A stretch of 64,000 nucleotides of DNA from Terriglobia bacterium (GCA_035946735.1 DASYYZ010000024.1:13475-77474), one strand, 5' to 3'; shown: positions 27,099-36,213, counted from the stretch's first letter. Notes: generated from the letters alone by a model not told the origin. Program-made: numbers and translations.

Positions 27099-28571
27099 TC
27101 AGTGCACGATTCTCACGAGAACCGGATTCGACTCGATGCCGTTGGCAACCGCATACATCTTGTACTGTCCGGCGGGAATGCCTGCTGGCACATCGAACAG
27201 GGTCGAGTTGAACGTGTGGGGAGCGATCGAATGTGTGCTCTCATCGTGAGTGGTGGCGTAATAGACATGGTTAGGGCTGGCGAGCTGTACGAAGCGAACC
27301 AGTGGATAGTTGGTGGCCGCCTGATAGTCGTCACCGTAGGCGTTGTTCTCCGACAAACCATTGAGCTGCCTGCCAACCAAAATGTTATTGGTGGAGGGAC
27401 TGTTGATGAGAGTGCGCGTGCCCTGGCCAGGGGCGATGGTCGGCGCGACGCCCGGAACGACACCGGGTGCCGGCGTATAAACTTCAACGAGACCGCTAAA
27501 GTCGGTGAACATGATCTGACCGGTAGGAAGGATCATCAGGTGTCCAACGAACGATGAGTCACCCGGGCAGTTCGTCGGATTCGCAGTGTCCGTCAGGGTC
27601 CCGGCGACTGGGTCGTACTCGACAAATTGGCAACCAGGTTGGAAGATACCAGGGCTCAGCATGGCGAGCACTTTGCCGTTCGGCTCAAGCGCCGCCGGAC
27701 CATCAGCCTGATCCAAGCCGTTTGCGGGAGTCGGACCGGCCGACCAGGTGTTGGTAGCAACGTCGTACAAAGCCGTTGCCACCACGTTCCCTCCAAACTG
27801 CAACATCTTGTTGTTATACATCAGGACCGCGGCGCCCAATTCGTCGTCGGAGGGGTTATAGAGCTGGACGGGGGTCGTTGGCCCGCAGGACCAGAGGCCG
27901 GTGTCCTGATCGTAAAGCTCCGAACCTTGACTGGTACCACAATTGGGATCGCCTTTCGAATCCACGCTGAAAACTTTGTTGTTGGTCAGCAGCGTAAACC
28001 CTGACTCATCGTTACTGAACTGGTTTACCGAGCCGGTCTCCGTCCAGGAATTCGGGCCGCTAAACAGCGCATTCTGAGACGAACAGCAGTTCGCTTGCAT
28101 GTCGGTTCCGTCGGCCAGCATCACGCTCTCCGCGTCGCCGATCGAGCCCCAGCCAACAGGCGGAGAGTTAAGCGTCCAGGTTAGCGTGCCTCCGGAGATG
28201 GTTCCAATCGCGCCCAGGGTTGTCCAGATCGGTGGACCTTCGTTATACTCTCCGCCTTCGATAATGACTTTTCCGTCCAGCAACACTTGGGAACTGAAGT
28301 ATAAGGGTGCGTAGCCGGAAGGTAGACGTCCGCCAAAACTCCATGTGCCATTGACGTAACTACCGCTGGAATCGGGGGTGAGAATATGCCACTCGCCGAG
28401 ATCTCCGTCGGATTCCTCGTGCACCAGGATCCTGCCGTCTCTGAGCTGCAGCATAACGCCGAGGTTAAACCCGGGTTGGTTGTTTAGAGGTGTCCATGTT
28501 TGAGCACCGGCGATTCCCGCCAATGCTAACAGCACTACTGACGTGATCGCGATCCTTCGAGGTAGTTTCAT
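27099..28571 (-). CDS. Secreted Kelch/galactose-oxidase-like beta-propeller protein with a C-terminal Ig-like domain
   Basis: Signal peptide MKLPRRIAITSVVLLALAGIAGAQ. Repeated hydrophobic-GG..W... blades. Tail ..FDVPAGIPAGQYKMYAVANGIESNPVLVRIV. Function not assignable. Confidence 0.65.
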   Translation of the reverse strand: MKLPRRIAITSVVLLALAGIAGAQTWTPLNNQPGFNLGVMLQLRDGRILVHEESDGDLGEWHILTPDSSGSYVNGTWSFGGRLPSGYAPLYFSSQVLLDGKVIIEGGEYNEGPPIWTTLGAIGTISGGTLTWTLNSPPVGWGSIGDAESVMLADGTDMQANCCSSQNALFSGPNSWTETGSVNQFSNDESGFTLLTNNKVFSVDSKGDPNCGTSQGSELYDQDTGLWSCGPTTPVQLYNPSDDELGAAVLMYNNKMLQFGGNVVATALYDVATNTWSAGPTPANGLDQADGPAALEPNGKVLAMLSPGIFQPGCQFVEYDPVAGTLTDTANPTNCPGDSSFVGHLMILPTGQIMFTDFSGLVEVYTPAPGVVPGVAPTIAPGQGTRTLINSPSTNNILVGRQLNGLSENNAYGDDYQAATNYPLVRFVQLASPNHVYYATTHDESTHSIAPHTFNSTLFDVPAGIPAGQYKMYAVANGIESNPVLVRIVH

Positions 28572-28623
28572 TTATTTCCCCTCCTTTTAAGGGCTGGGCT
28601 ATCGGCTGGCGTACTCCTATGCC

Positions 28624-28910
28624 CTAGCTGATTGGCGCCGCCACCATCCCGTCGCCATTGCCCAGGAAAATGCTGACGCTGTTACTCAACTCATTGACCA
28701 CAACGGCGTCCAACTTGCCATCAGCGTTGAAGTCGCCCACCGCGAGTCGATTACATTGGCTGCGCCGTCGAGTTACCTACCGATTGGAGCGTCCCATTGT
28801 CATTGCCGAGCAGCACAGTCAGATATTGCTGCCGTTGTCGGACGCCACCAATTCTGTTTCCCGTCTCCATTGAAGTCATCGACCGCTACCGAGGTCGGCC
28901 ACTGCCACAG
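28624..28910 (-). pseudogene. Frameshifted remnant of an FG-GAP/VCBS repeat protein gene
   Basis: Minus strand reads VGDFNADGKLDAVVVNELSNSVSIFLGNGDGMVAAPIS* in one frame. Upstream is VAVDDFNGDGKQN(frameshift)VASDNGSNIS(frameshift)VLLGNDNGTLQS. No long ORF in the track covers it. Confidence 0.6.
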
Positions 28911-28912
28911 AT

Positions 28913-29206
28913 TCACCTCTGCGATGCGAAGCGGCTGCGCCGACTCGGCACAATGGCACCGGGCGGCGGTCGCGTGAACGTGGCCTCCTTCCCCCTTACC
29001 AGCCGGTTGATTTCGCCGAGTTTGCGCAGTATCTCGTCCCCAGTGCCCCGCAGCTGATCAACGACGTCTTGCGGCGGCATGGGAAAGTCGCGGCAGTGGT
29101 CGATCACTTGTTTCCGGAGATCGAGGCTCTGGCGCAGGGCGGCAAACTCCTGCTCAATGAGCTCGGCAACTACAGCCATCTCGAAGTACGGCTCCCCTTC
29201 TCGCAT
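28913..29206 (-). CDS. Hypothetical small helical protein
   Basis: GGGAGGA SD 6 nt upstream. The first ~75 aa look protein-like, but the tail runs into the FG-GAP remnant. Confidence 0.35.
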   Translation of the reverse strand: MREGEPYFEMAVVAELIEQEFAALRQSLDLRKQVIDHCRDFPMPPQDVVDQLRGTGDEILRKLGEINRLVRGKEATFTRPPPGAIVPSRRSRFASQR

Positions 29207-29596
29207 GGCGATCCTCCCGTGAACTTGCGTGAACCGCTTCCCCCCTTTGTTGGCGGGTTATCCTGCGCTAAGTGTCTCGAGAAGCGCTGTCGGACAGACG
29301 CTGCTGCTTCAGCCACCCTCTACCTTGCTGCCCAGATCGTTTTTGAGGAGGGTCAGATCGGAAATCGGGCGTGGAACCGACCGACCGACCTCCTACACTG
29401 GTTAAAGCGAAACCCGCAGAAGGATTGGCTCACGCAGAAAAAAATCTTTTCGGCAGGAGCCTGACTGGGGCGGGCAACGGTTAGCAGCCGGCATCGCCTG
29501 TTTTTTCCGTTTCTCTTGCGCGCGCATTGACTTCCGGGAATCCCCGGATTAGACTTCCGGTCGATATCCTGATCTGCGCCATGGGGAGGGGAAGCC

Positions 29597-30172
29597 GTGT
29601 CGCGACTCTCATCGGCGTCTGTCAGCCAACTGCTGGCAAAGTGGAGAGCCGGCGATGAGGAGGCACTGCGCGATCTCGTGCCTCTGATCTACGAGGAACT
29701 GCACCGCCTGGCACACCGCTACTTGCAAAGAGAACGTCCGGATCACACGTTGCAGAGCACGGCGCTGGTACACGAAGCATATCTTCGATTCAGCAAGCAG
29801 AAGCAGGTTGGATTTCAGAACCGTGCTCACTTCTTCGCGGCTTCGGCTCAGCTGATGCGGCAGATTCTGGTTGATTACGCCAGATCGCATCACGCCGGCA
29901 AGCGTGGTGGCGGGTACAAGCTAAGCATCGAGGATGCGCCATGGCTGTGTGAAGAACGCGGGGCGGATCTGGTGCTGCTGGACGACGCATTGAACGGACT
30001 GGCAAGACTCGATCCCCAGCAGAGCCGGATCGTGGAGCTTCGTTTCTTCGGCGGCCTTTCGATCGAGGAAACGGCGGAGATATTGAGCATTTCACCGGCT
30101 ACCGTCAAGCGCGATTGGGTCACGGCACGTCTGTGGCTCAGCCGGGAGATGAAGAGGGCCGCGCAAACATGA
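29597..30172 (+). CDS. ECF-type sigma-70 factor (TIGR02999-like, kinase-associated group)
   Basis: LLAKWRAGDEEALRDLVPLIYEELHRLAHRYLQRERPDHTLQSTALVHEAYLRF, plus the region-4 HTH LSIEETAEILSISPATVKRDW. Confidence 0.9.
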   Translation: MSRLSSASVSQLLAKWRAGDEEALRDLVPLIYEELHRLAHRYLQRERPDHTLQSTALVHEAYLRFSKQKQVGFQNRAHFFAASAQLMRQILVDYARSHHAGKRGGGYKLSIEDAPWLCEERGADLVLLDDALNGLARLDPQQSRIVELRFFGGLSIEETAEILSISPATVKRDWVTARLWLSREMKRAAQT

Positions 30173-33100
30173 CTGCTGAGCGTTGGCAACAGGTTCGAGA
30201 GGTGCTCCACCAGGCCTTGGAGCGGCCGCCCGAGGAGCGGTCTGCCTTTCTCGATGCAGCCTGTGCGGAGGATTCTTCGCTCCGCCAGGAAGTGCAATCG
30301 CTGCTGGAATCCAGTGACGAAGCGCGCGCTACTCTTCCTCGGTCTACTCCTGCGCAACGGCCCACGCTTCGTAAGGGAACGGCGTTTGATGATTACGAGA
30401 TCCAGACGCTGCTGGGCGCGGGCGGGATGGGAGAGGTCTATCGGGCGCGGGATCTGCGCCTGGGGAAAGACGTGGCGATCAAGGTTTTGCCGTCTTCCTT
30501 TTCTGCCGATGGCGATCGCCTGCGGCGGTTCGAGCAGGAGGCGCAGGCAGCAGCGGCCTTGGACCATCCGAACATTCTGACGGTGTACCGGCTGGGGACG
30601 TACGAAGGGTCTCCCTACATGGTTTCGGAACTGCTGGAAGGCGAAACGCTGCGGGAGCGGCTGAGGAGCGGAGCCTTGCCAGTACGCAAGGCGCTGGATT
30701 ACGCAGTGCAGGTAGCGCGCGGCTTGGCGGCGGCTCACCGGAAAGGCATCACTCATCGCGACCTGAAGCCGGAGAATTTGTTTCTGACCGAGGGGGGGCG
30801 GGTGAAGATATTGGATTTCGGGCTGGCGAAGCTCATGCACTCCCCGTCAGAAGGTGGGACGACGGAGACGGCCAGAGATGGGACGGAGCCGGGCACGATC
30901 TTGGGGACGGCAGGGTACATGTCCCCGGAGCAGGTGAGGGGGCAGGCGACCGATCATCGCTCAGACGTGTTTGCTTTCGGCGCCATCTTGTACGAAATGC
31001 TGTCCGGGAAACGTGCGTTTCACGGGGCGACGTCGGCGGACACCATGAGCGCAGTGCTGAACCAGGACCCGCCTAGTCTTTCTCAGGCAGTCCCGAGCAT
31101 CTCACCAGGTCTGGAGCGGGTAGTGTACCGCTGCTTGGAGAAGAACGCGGACGAACGGTTCCAGGCAGCCTCAGACCTGGGCTTCGCGCTGGAGGCACTG
31201 AGTGACGCACCAAGCGCTTCGCAGACAGCGCACGTCGCAAATTACCGAACGACCGCAGCTCCGAATGAGGGCGTCCGGACGATCTGGAAGATTGGCGCTC
31301 TGGCCGCAGTCCTCGCGATAGCCGCTCTGATCGGCGGCGAGTTTTACTGGCCCTCGCATCAGTCGACCAAGCTCACCGAAAAGGACACTATCGTCCTCGC
31401 CGACTTCACTGACGCCACCGGCGATACCGTTTTCGACGCCGCACTGCGCCTGGGACTCTCGGTTCAACTGGAGCAGTCGCCATTTCTGAGCTTGCTTTCC
31501 GATAACCGCATTGCGCAGACGCTCGTGATGATGTCGCAGCCGAAGGACGCGCGGCTCACCCGTGATCTGGCGCGTGAGGTCTGCCAGCGGACGGGCAGCG
31601 CGGCCACCATCGAAGGCTCAATCGCGAGCATCGGCAGCCTCTACGTGCTGGGTCTCAGGGCCGTCGACTGCCACAACGGCGACCTGCTGGCCGAAGAGCA
31701 GGCGCAGGCAACCAGTAAGGAACAGGTATTGAAGGCGCTGGGGGATGCAGCCACGAGGATGCGCCGGAAATTGGGCGAGTCGCTGGTCTCGATCGAGAAA
31801 TATAACGCGCCGCCGGAGGAGGTCACTACCCCGTCATTCGAAGCGTGGCAAGCCTACACTGTCGGCTACCAGGAGCAGGTCGTAAACGACGATTCTCTTG
31901 CCGCCATCTCGTCCTTCGAGCGGGCCGTCAGACTGGACCCGAAGTTCGCCATGGCCTATGCGCGGCTGGGAACTACCTACAGCAATTTGGACGAAAGCGC
32001 CCGTGCCGTCGAGAATAGCCGCAGAGGGTATGAGCTGAGCGACCGCGGAAGCGAGCGCGAAAGGTTCTTCATCGACTCACACTACGAGCAATTCGCCACC
32101 GGGGACCTGGAGGCAGCCCGGAAGGTCTATGAGTTGTGGGCTCAGACTTACCCGCGCGACCGCCTTCCGCCTAACAACCTCGGTGCCATCGACCGTATTC
32201 TGGGCGAATACAAAAATGCCCTTGATGCGATTAAGGAGAGCCTCCGGCGTGATCCCGAGAATGGGAGAACCTACGCGAATCTCGTCCTCACATTTCTGGA
32301 GCTGAACCGCAAGGACGAGGCCAAAGCCACGGCGCAGGAGGCGCAGGATCACCATCTTGACTCTGCACAAATCCGGTTCTCTATCTACGACATCGATTTC
32401 CTGCAGCGTGATGAGGCGGGCATGCAGCGGCAAGTGGCATTCTTTAAGGACAAGGCAGGTCAGGAAGATGTGATGCTCTACATGCAATCTGATACTGCTG
32501 CGTATGCCGGACAGTTTGGCAGGGCGCGAGAGCTGACGCGACTTGCGGCTGACTCTGCCTGGCGTGCCGGTCAGAAGGAGAAGACGGCAGTTTACCGGGC
32601 TGAAGCGGCGGTGCGGGAAGCGCTGGTTGGCAACACCGGTATGGCAAAGCAGCAGGCGAAAGCCGCGGTCGCGCTCTCAAACGGCCTGAATGCCGAGGCG
32701 ATCTCGGCCCTGGCGCTGGGGCTGGCCGGCGATTCCGCCGAAGCCATGCGCCTCGCCAAGGATCTCGATAAGCGATCCCCGAGAGACACGCTGGTGCGGT
32801 GCGAGTACGTACCCACGATCACGGCAGCCAGCATCCTCGGCATTGGCCACACCTCCAAAGATGGTCGCAAGGCAGTTGAGGCGCTGGCGGCCGCTGCTCC
32901 TTACGAGCTTGGAGATCCTCCCAAGACTCTCAATGTCGCCCTTTACCCCGTGTACCTGCGGGGCCAGGCGTACTTGGCAGCGCACAAGGGCGCTGCGGCA
33001 GCCGCCGAATTCCAGAAAATTCTCGACCACCCCGGCGTCGTCGTGAACGAGCCTATCGGCGCCCTGGCGCACCTTGGCTTGGGCCGCGGCGAGGCCCTCG

Positions 33101-33303
33101 AAGCCGGGGTAGGGGCAGGCCTGGTGCCTGCCCGCCGATTGAGTGGTGCTGCGGGAGGGCACCCGCAAGAGGCGCCCCTACAGTCCTATGCCCTCGGTCA
33201 GGCTCGTATCGCCTACCAAGACTTCCTCGCGCTCTGGAAAGATGCCGACCCAGACATTCCCATTCTGAAGCAGGCCAAGGCGGAATACGCGAAACTGAAG
33301 TGA
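30169..33303 (+). CDS. Ser/Thr protein kinase with TM segment and long TPR region
   Basis: Its ATG overlaps the sigma-factor stop (ATGA). Kinase motifs GAGGMGEVY, VAIK, HRDLKPEN, DFGLA, GTAGYMSPE. TPR-like repeats and the conserved tail AYQDFLALWKDADPDIPILKQAKAEYAKL. Confidence 0.9.
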   Translation: MTAERWQQVREVLHQALERPPEERSAFLDAACAEDSSLRQEVQSLLESSDEARATLPRSTPAQRPTLRKGTAFDDYEIQTLLGAGGMGEVYRARDLRLGKDVAIKVLPSSFSADGDRLRRFEQEAQAAAALDHPNILTVYRLGTYEGSPYMVSELLEGETLRERLRSGALPVRKALDYAVQVARGLAAAHRKGITHRDLKPENLFLTEGGRVKILDFGLAKLMHSPSEGGTTETARDGTEPGTILGTAGYMSPEQVRGQATDHRSDVFAFGAILYEMLSGKRAFHGATSADTMSAVLNQDPPSLSQAVPSISPGLERVVYRCLEKNADERFQAASDLGFALEALSDAPSASQTAHVANYRTTAAPNEGVRTIWKIGALAAVLAIAALIGGEFYWPSHQSTKLTEKDTIVLADFTDATGDTVFDAALRLGLSVQLEQSPFLSLLSDNRIAQTLVMMSQPKDARLTRDLAREVCQRTGSAATIEGSIASIGSLYVLGLRAVDCHNGDLLAEEQAQATSKEQVLKALGDAATRMRRKLGESLVSIEKYNAPPEEVTTPSFEAWQAYTVGYQEQVVNDDSLAAISSFERAVRLDPKFAMAYARLGTTYSNLDESARAVENSRRGYELSDRGSERERFFIDSHYEQFATGDLEAARKVYELWAQTYPRDRLPPNNLGAIDRILGEYKNALDAIKESLRRDPENGRTYANLVLTFLELNRKDEAKATAQEAQDHHLDSAQIRFSIYDIDFLQRDEAGMQRQVAFFKDKAGQEDVMLYMQSDTAAYAGQFGRARELTRLAADSAWRAGQKEKTAVYRAEAAVREALVGNTGMAKQQAKAAVALSNGLNAEAISALALGLAGDSAEAMRLAKDLDKRSPRDTLVRCEYVPTITAASILGIGHTSKDGRKAVEALAAAAPYELGDPPKTLNVALYPVYLRGQAYLAAHKGAAAAAEFQKILDHPGVVVNEPIGALAHLGLGRGEALEAGVGAGLVPARRLSGAAGGHPQEAPLQSYALGQARIAYQDFLALWKDADPDIPILKQAKAEYAKLK
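33109..33181. repeat. Palindromic REP-like element lying in frame inside the kinase gene
   Basis: GTAGGGGC...GCCCCTAC ends. Left arm GGGCAGGC-CTGGT-GCCTGCCC is a perfect hairpin. It translates as GVGAGLVPARRLSGAAGGHPQEAPLQ. Confidence 0.5.
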
Positions 33304-33325
33304 CGGAATGACCCGGTAACGCGGG

Positions 33326-33420
33326 CGCCCGCCTGCCCGTACCCCCGCCGCCGGAAAGAGATCCCCACGCAGGAACCTGCCGTAGCGGCAGTCGGAGCTT
33401 GCCCTGGCAGGGAACCGCCG
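33326..33420. repeat. Dispersed ~95-bp repeat, copy B
   Basis: Matches 22520..22613. It sits ~20 nt after the kinase stop codon. Confidence 0.5.
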
Positions 33421-33473
33421 GGTAGGGTGGGTGGATTCTTCAACGGCCTGGTATGGTCTCCTTCTGGCGCTCT

Positions 33474-35012
33474 CTAGCCGTGGTGGCCCATGCCGGGCAT
33501 GTTCGGCAAAGGTTGACCTTTGCGAACCCGTTCCATGACTTGGTCGTATTTGTCGGGGGGTAGGACGCGGACAAAAGTCATCATACCTTGCATGAAGCCG
33601 CTCCATCCCGGTCGCAATCCGTAGTTCTGCGGCTTCTGGACCATGTCGTCCATCGCCATCCTGGGGCCTTCCATATAGGCGTCCTGCGGGAAACCCGGCA
33701 CACTGTTTGCATTCGGGCTGACATCGGCCTTCATGTTCATTCCGGACATCTGATGCGTCTCGCCACGCTGCATTGCCGGCATATCGCGCGGCATCGCAGC
33801 CTCGGCCTTTTCCGGGGAGAGAGGAATGTCGCCAACTGGTTGGTCGTTCGTCGATCCCACTCCCAGACCACGACCCAGGCTTGGACCGTAGTCCTCTCCC
33901 ATCGGCGCGCCCGGCGTCCCCGTCAGCATCCCCATGCCGTTTTCCATGGAGACTCCCGCCGGCATACCGCTCTCGAGCCGGGTTATAGGACCGACGCTCG
34001 AAGACATCTGGTTCATCATGTGGTGCGGCAAGTGGCAGTGCAGCATCCAGTCGCCGGGATTGTTGGCGACGAACTCGAGGTCCCGCGCCTGGGCGACGCC
34101 GACCAGCACTGTGTTGCCCGGATACCACGTTTCCTTTGGACTTCTGCCGCCCTCGGTGCCGGTGATGACGAAGGTGTGTCCATGCAAGTGAACGGGGTGA
34201 TGATCCATTCCCAGGTTAATCAGCCGGACGCGCACGCGGTCTCCGAGCCGTACAATTAGCGGCGTGGTGGCGGGACCCGTCTTGCCATTTAGCAGCAGCC
34301 AGTTGAACTCCATGTTCATGGTGTTGGGCACGGTGTTATTCGGAAGCACGGCGTATTCCTGCAGCAGGATGACAAAGTCCTGGTCGACCCGAGGCTCGTA
34401 GGGCGTCTTGGGATGCATAATGAACGCCCCCAACATCCCCAGCATTTCCTGCATGGCCATGTGGGAGTGATAGAAATAGGTGCCTTCCTGGTGCAGAGTG
34501 AACTCGTAGACGAACCGGCCGCCGGGCTTTATGGGGTCCTGGCTGATACCGGGCCCGCCGTCCATATTGTGGGGAATCTCGAAGCCGTGCCAGTGCATCG
34601 AGGTGGGTTCGGGCAAGTGGTTGTCGACGACGATGCGCACACGATCTCCCTCGGTGATCTGAATGGTTGGGCCCGGAGAGGTTCCGTTGTAGCCCCAAAC
34701 ATCAATCGTCTTGCCTGGAAGGATTTGTTGCTTCACGGGTTCTGCCACGAGATGAAAAACCTTGACACCGTTGTCTATTTGCCAAGGCAGGTCAGGAATA
34801 TCCGGCGTCTGAAGGGGGACGAAGGCTCGTCCGGAGGGCTGGTTCCGGATCAGTGTCGCCCGGGTCATCTTCGCGTGTGTCGGGTCATGCTGCATGTTCA
34901 TGTGATCCTGCTCGATGGCTTGGGCCTTGGGACCGGCCCAAGCCGGAGTGCTGGCGAAGGCGCCAGCTCCTACTAAAGCCTTGCGGAAGAAATTTCTTCG
35001 GCTCTCGATCAT
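33474..35012 (-). CDS. Multicopper oxidase (CopA/CueO-like copper-resistance type)
   Basis: Tat signal SRRNFFRKALVGAGAFA. Copper ligand motifs HWHG, HSH, HPVHLHGH, HCHLPHHM. Met-rich segment (MPAGVSMENGMGM...MPRDMPAMQRGETHQMSGMNM). Confidence 0.9.
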   Translation of the reverse strand: MIESRRNFFRKALVGAGAFASTPAWAGPKAQAIEQDHMNMQHDPTHAKMTRATLIRNQPSGRAFVPLQTPDIPDLPWQIDNGVKVFHLVAEPVKQQILPGKTIDVWGYNGTSPGPTIQITEGDRVRIVVDNHLPEPTSMHWHGFEIPHNMDGGPGISQDPIKPGGRFVYEFTLHQEGTYFYHSHMAMQEMLGMLGAFIMHPKTPYEPRVDQDFVILLQEYAVLPNNTVPNTMNMEFNWLLLNGKTGPATTPLIVRLGDRVRVRLINLGMDHHPVHLHGHTFVITGTEGGRSPKETWYPGNTVLVGVAQARDLEFVANNPGDWMLHCHLPHHMMNQMSSSVGPITRLESGMPAGVSMENGMGMLTGTPGAPMGEDYGPSLGRGLGVGSTNDQPVGDIPLSPEKAEAAMPRDMPAMQRGETHQMSGMNMKADVSPNANSVPGFPQDAYMEGPRMAMDDMVQKPQNYGLRPGWSGFMQGMMTFVRVLPPDKYDQVMERVRKGQPLPNMPGMGHHG

Positions 35013-35093
35013 GGTATTTGCTCCTTATCAAACGTCCCGGCGGACGACGCGCCTTCCGCCCGGCAGTTCCCCGACTTTCAGGCGAAAGAAAAG

Positions 35094-35110
35094 TGTGCAA
35101 TATTTGCACA
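35094..35110. promoter_or_regulatory. Perfect palindrome upstream of the multicopper oxidase gene
   Basis: TGTGCAA-TAT-TTGCACA lies ~80 nt upstream of the start. It is followed by direct repeats GCGTTCACAGGGAC (35114-35127) and GCGTTCATAGGGAC (35159-35172). Confidence 0.25.
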
Positions 35111-35419
35111 AAAGCGTTCACAGGGACACTATAAACCCGGCAATTGTCACGGCCAAACGCGTTCATAGGGACGCAAGAACCCGGGCCGGGGAACACATCT
35201 CCGACCGTTTCTAGCTCTTAGCGGGGTACCCCTACTTGGGTCGAGCGCGCGATGAAGATTTGCGCCCAGGTCGAGGGCCTGACGCTGGCAACGCTCGATA
35301 AGCGGCCGCGCGCCGCCGCCGGACGCGCTGGGGTGGAGCTGTTCCGGCCTGGTCAGGCCCGAGGCGAAGCTAGAGAGGGCGGACTGGCGCACAGCCTGAG
35401 CACAAGCAGTTGGCAGTTT

Positions 35420-35434
35420 GCCTCAGACTGAGGC
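35420..35434. promoter_or_regulatory. Palindrome immediately upstream of the RHH gene (candidate autoregulatory operator)
   Basis: GCCTCAG-A-CTGAGGC lies 13 nt before the ATG at 35448. A GCCTCA half-site recurs at the start codon. Confidence 0.3.
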
Positions 35435-35447
35435 ATAGTGGTGACAT

Positions 35448-35756
35448 ATGCCTCACTCTCAAGTGACAGCTACAAAACGGGACCGGCGCGGGGCCAAGAC
35501 CGGCAGGCGTAAGCTCGAGTTGCGATATACGGTGAGCCTGCCGCCCGGACTCGCCCATCGTGTCGAGCGGTATGCCGAGACAGTTGACACGAGTAGGAGC
35601 AAGGCGATCGCTGCGCTCGTGCGCTTTGGCCTGGACGGCCAGGAGAACCGAAAACGGGAGTTCTTCAAGAGGCTGAGGCAAAACCTTGCCGGCGGCGATC
35701 CGCAGAACGAAGATCAGCTCGTTGATGAGTTCCGGGCCCTGATCCTCGGCTGTTGA
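35448..35756 (+). CDS. Ribbon-helix-helix (CopG/Arc-like) protein
   Basis: LRYTVSLPPGLAHRVERYAETVDTSRSKAIAALVRFGL matches a beta-strand/helix/helix RHH pattern. Confidence 0.7.
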   Translation: MPHSQVTATKRDRRGAKTGRRKLELRYTVSLPPGLAHRVERYAETVDTSRSKAIAALVRFGLDGQENRKREFFKRLRQNLAGGDPQNEDQLVDEFRALILGC

Positions 35757-35759
35757 CGC

Positions 35760-36002
35760 ATGCCAAAGATTCAGTGGGAACGACTCCCCAGAGAAAGGTG
35801 GGCTCACCTTCGCGACCGCGCCCAGCAGCGGGAGATCTCCGAGGAAGACCTGTTTGAACTTGCGGAGTGGAAAGCTCAAGACCCCGACGTGCCCGACGCG
35901 GACTGGTACAAGGATTTCGGAACTTTTAAACTGTGTGGTACGGGGAGATATCCGAGCACGTTCCTTCTGGCGGGTCAGGCCGCGCGCGGCAAGCGCTTGT
36001 GA
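35760..36002 (+). CDS. Small hypothetical protein, possible partner of the RHH protein
   Basis: It starts 4 nt after the RHH stop. 80 aa, no family recognised. Confidence 0.5.
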   Translation: MPKIQWERLPRERWAHLRDRAQQREISEEDLFELAEWKAQDPDVPDADWYKDFGTFKLCGTGRYPSTFLLAGQAARGKRL

Positions 36003-36173
36003 GGGCACGTCAGTCAGGTTTGGCGTGATGCAGGCGGATGATGCACATCGAATCCTGATTTCGCGTCCAAAACTCGCCTCCCGGCGGTCCGGTGACTCGC
36101 ACACGCGGCAGCTCGAGGGGAGACGTAGGCGCCACCCGCATGACGCTAGCGGTAGTTGCCGACATTTCCCTTG

Positions 36174-36202
36174 TTTACAAGCGGCCAAATTTGTTCTACT
36201 GT
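36174..36202 (+). promoter_or_regulatory. Candidate sigma70-like promoter for the small-HTH gene array
   Basis: TTTACA, 17 nt spacer, TACTGT, about 12 nt upstream of the first possible start at 36214 (or 24 nt from the alternative ATG at 36226). Confidence 0.25.
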
Positions 36203-36213
36203 GCCCATGCTGG

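Noticed and set aside
29890-30840. 316-aa minus-strand ORF across the sigma/kinase junction
   Set aside because: It is antisense to two genes with clear motifs and has no signature of its own.
33178-34128. 316-aa ORF on the same strand as the multicopper oxidase but in another frame, plus the plus-strand ORFs 33588..34259 and 34413..34976
   Set aside because: The oxidase frame carries all four copper-ligand motifs and a Tat signal. The alternatives are Arg/Gly-rich noise.
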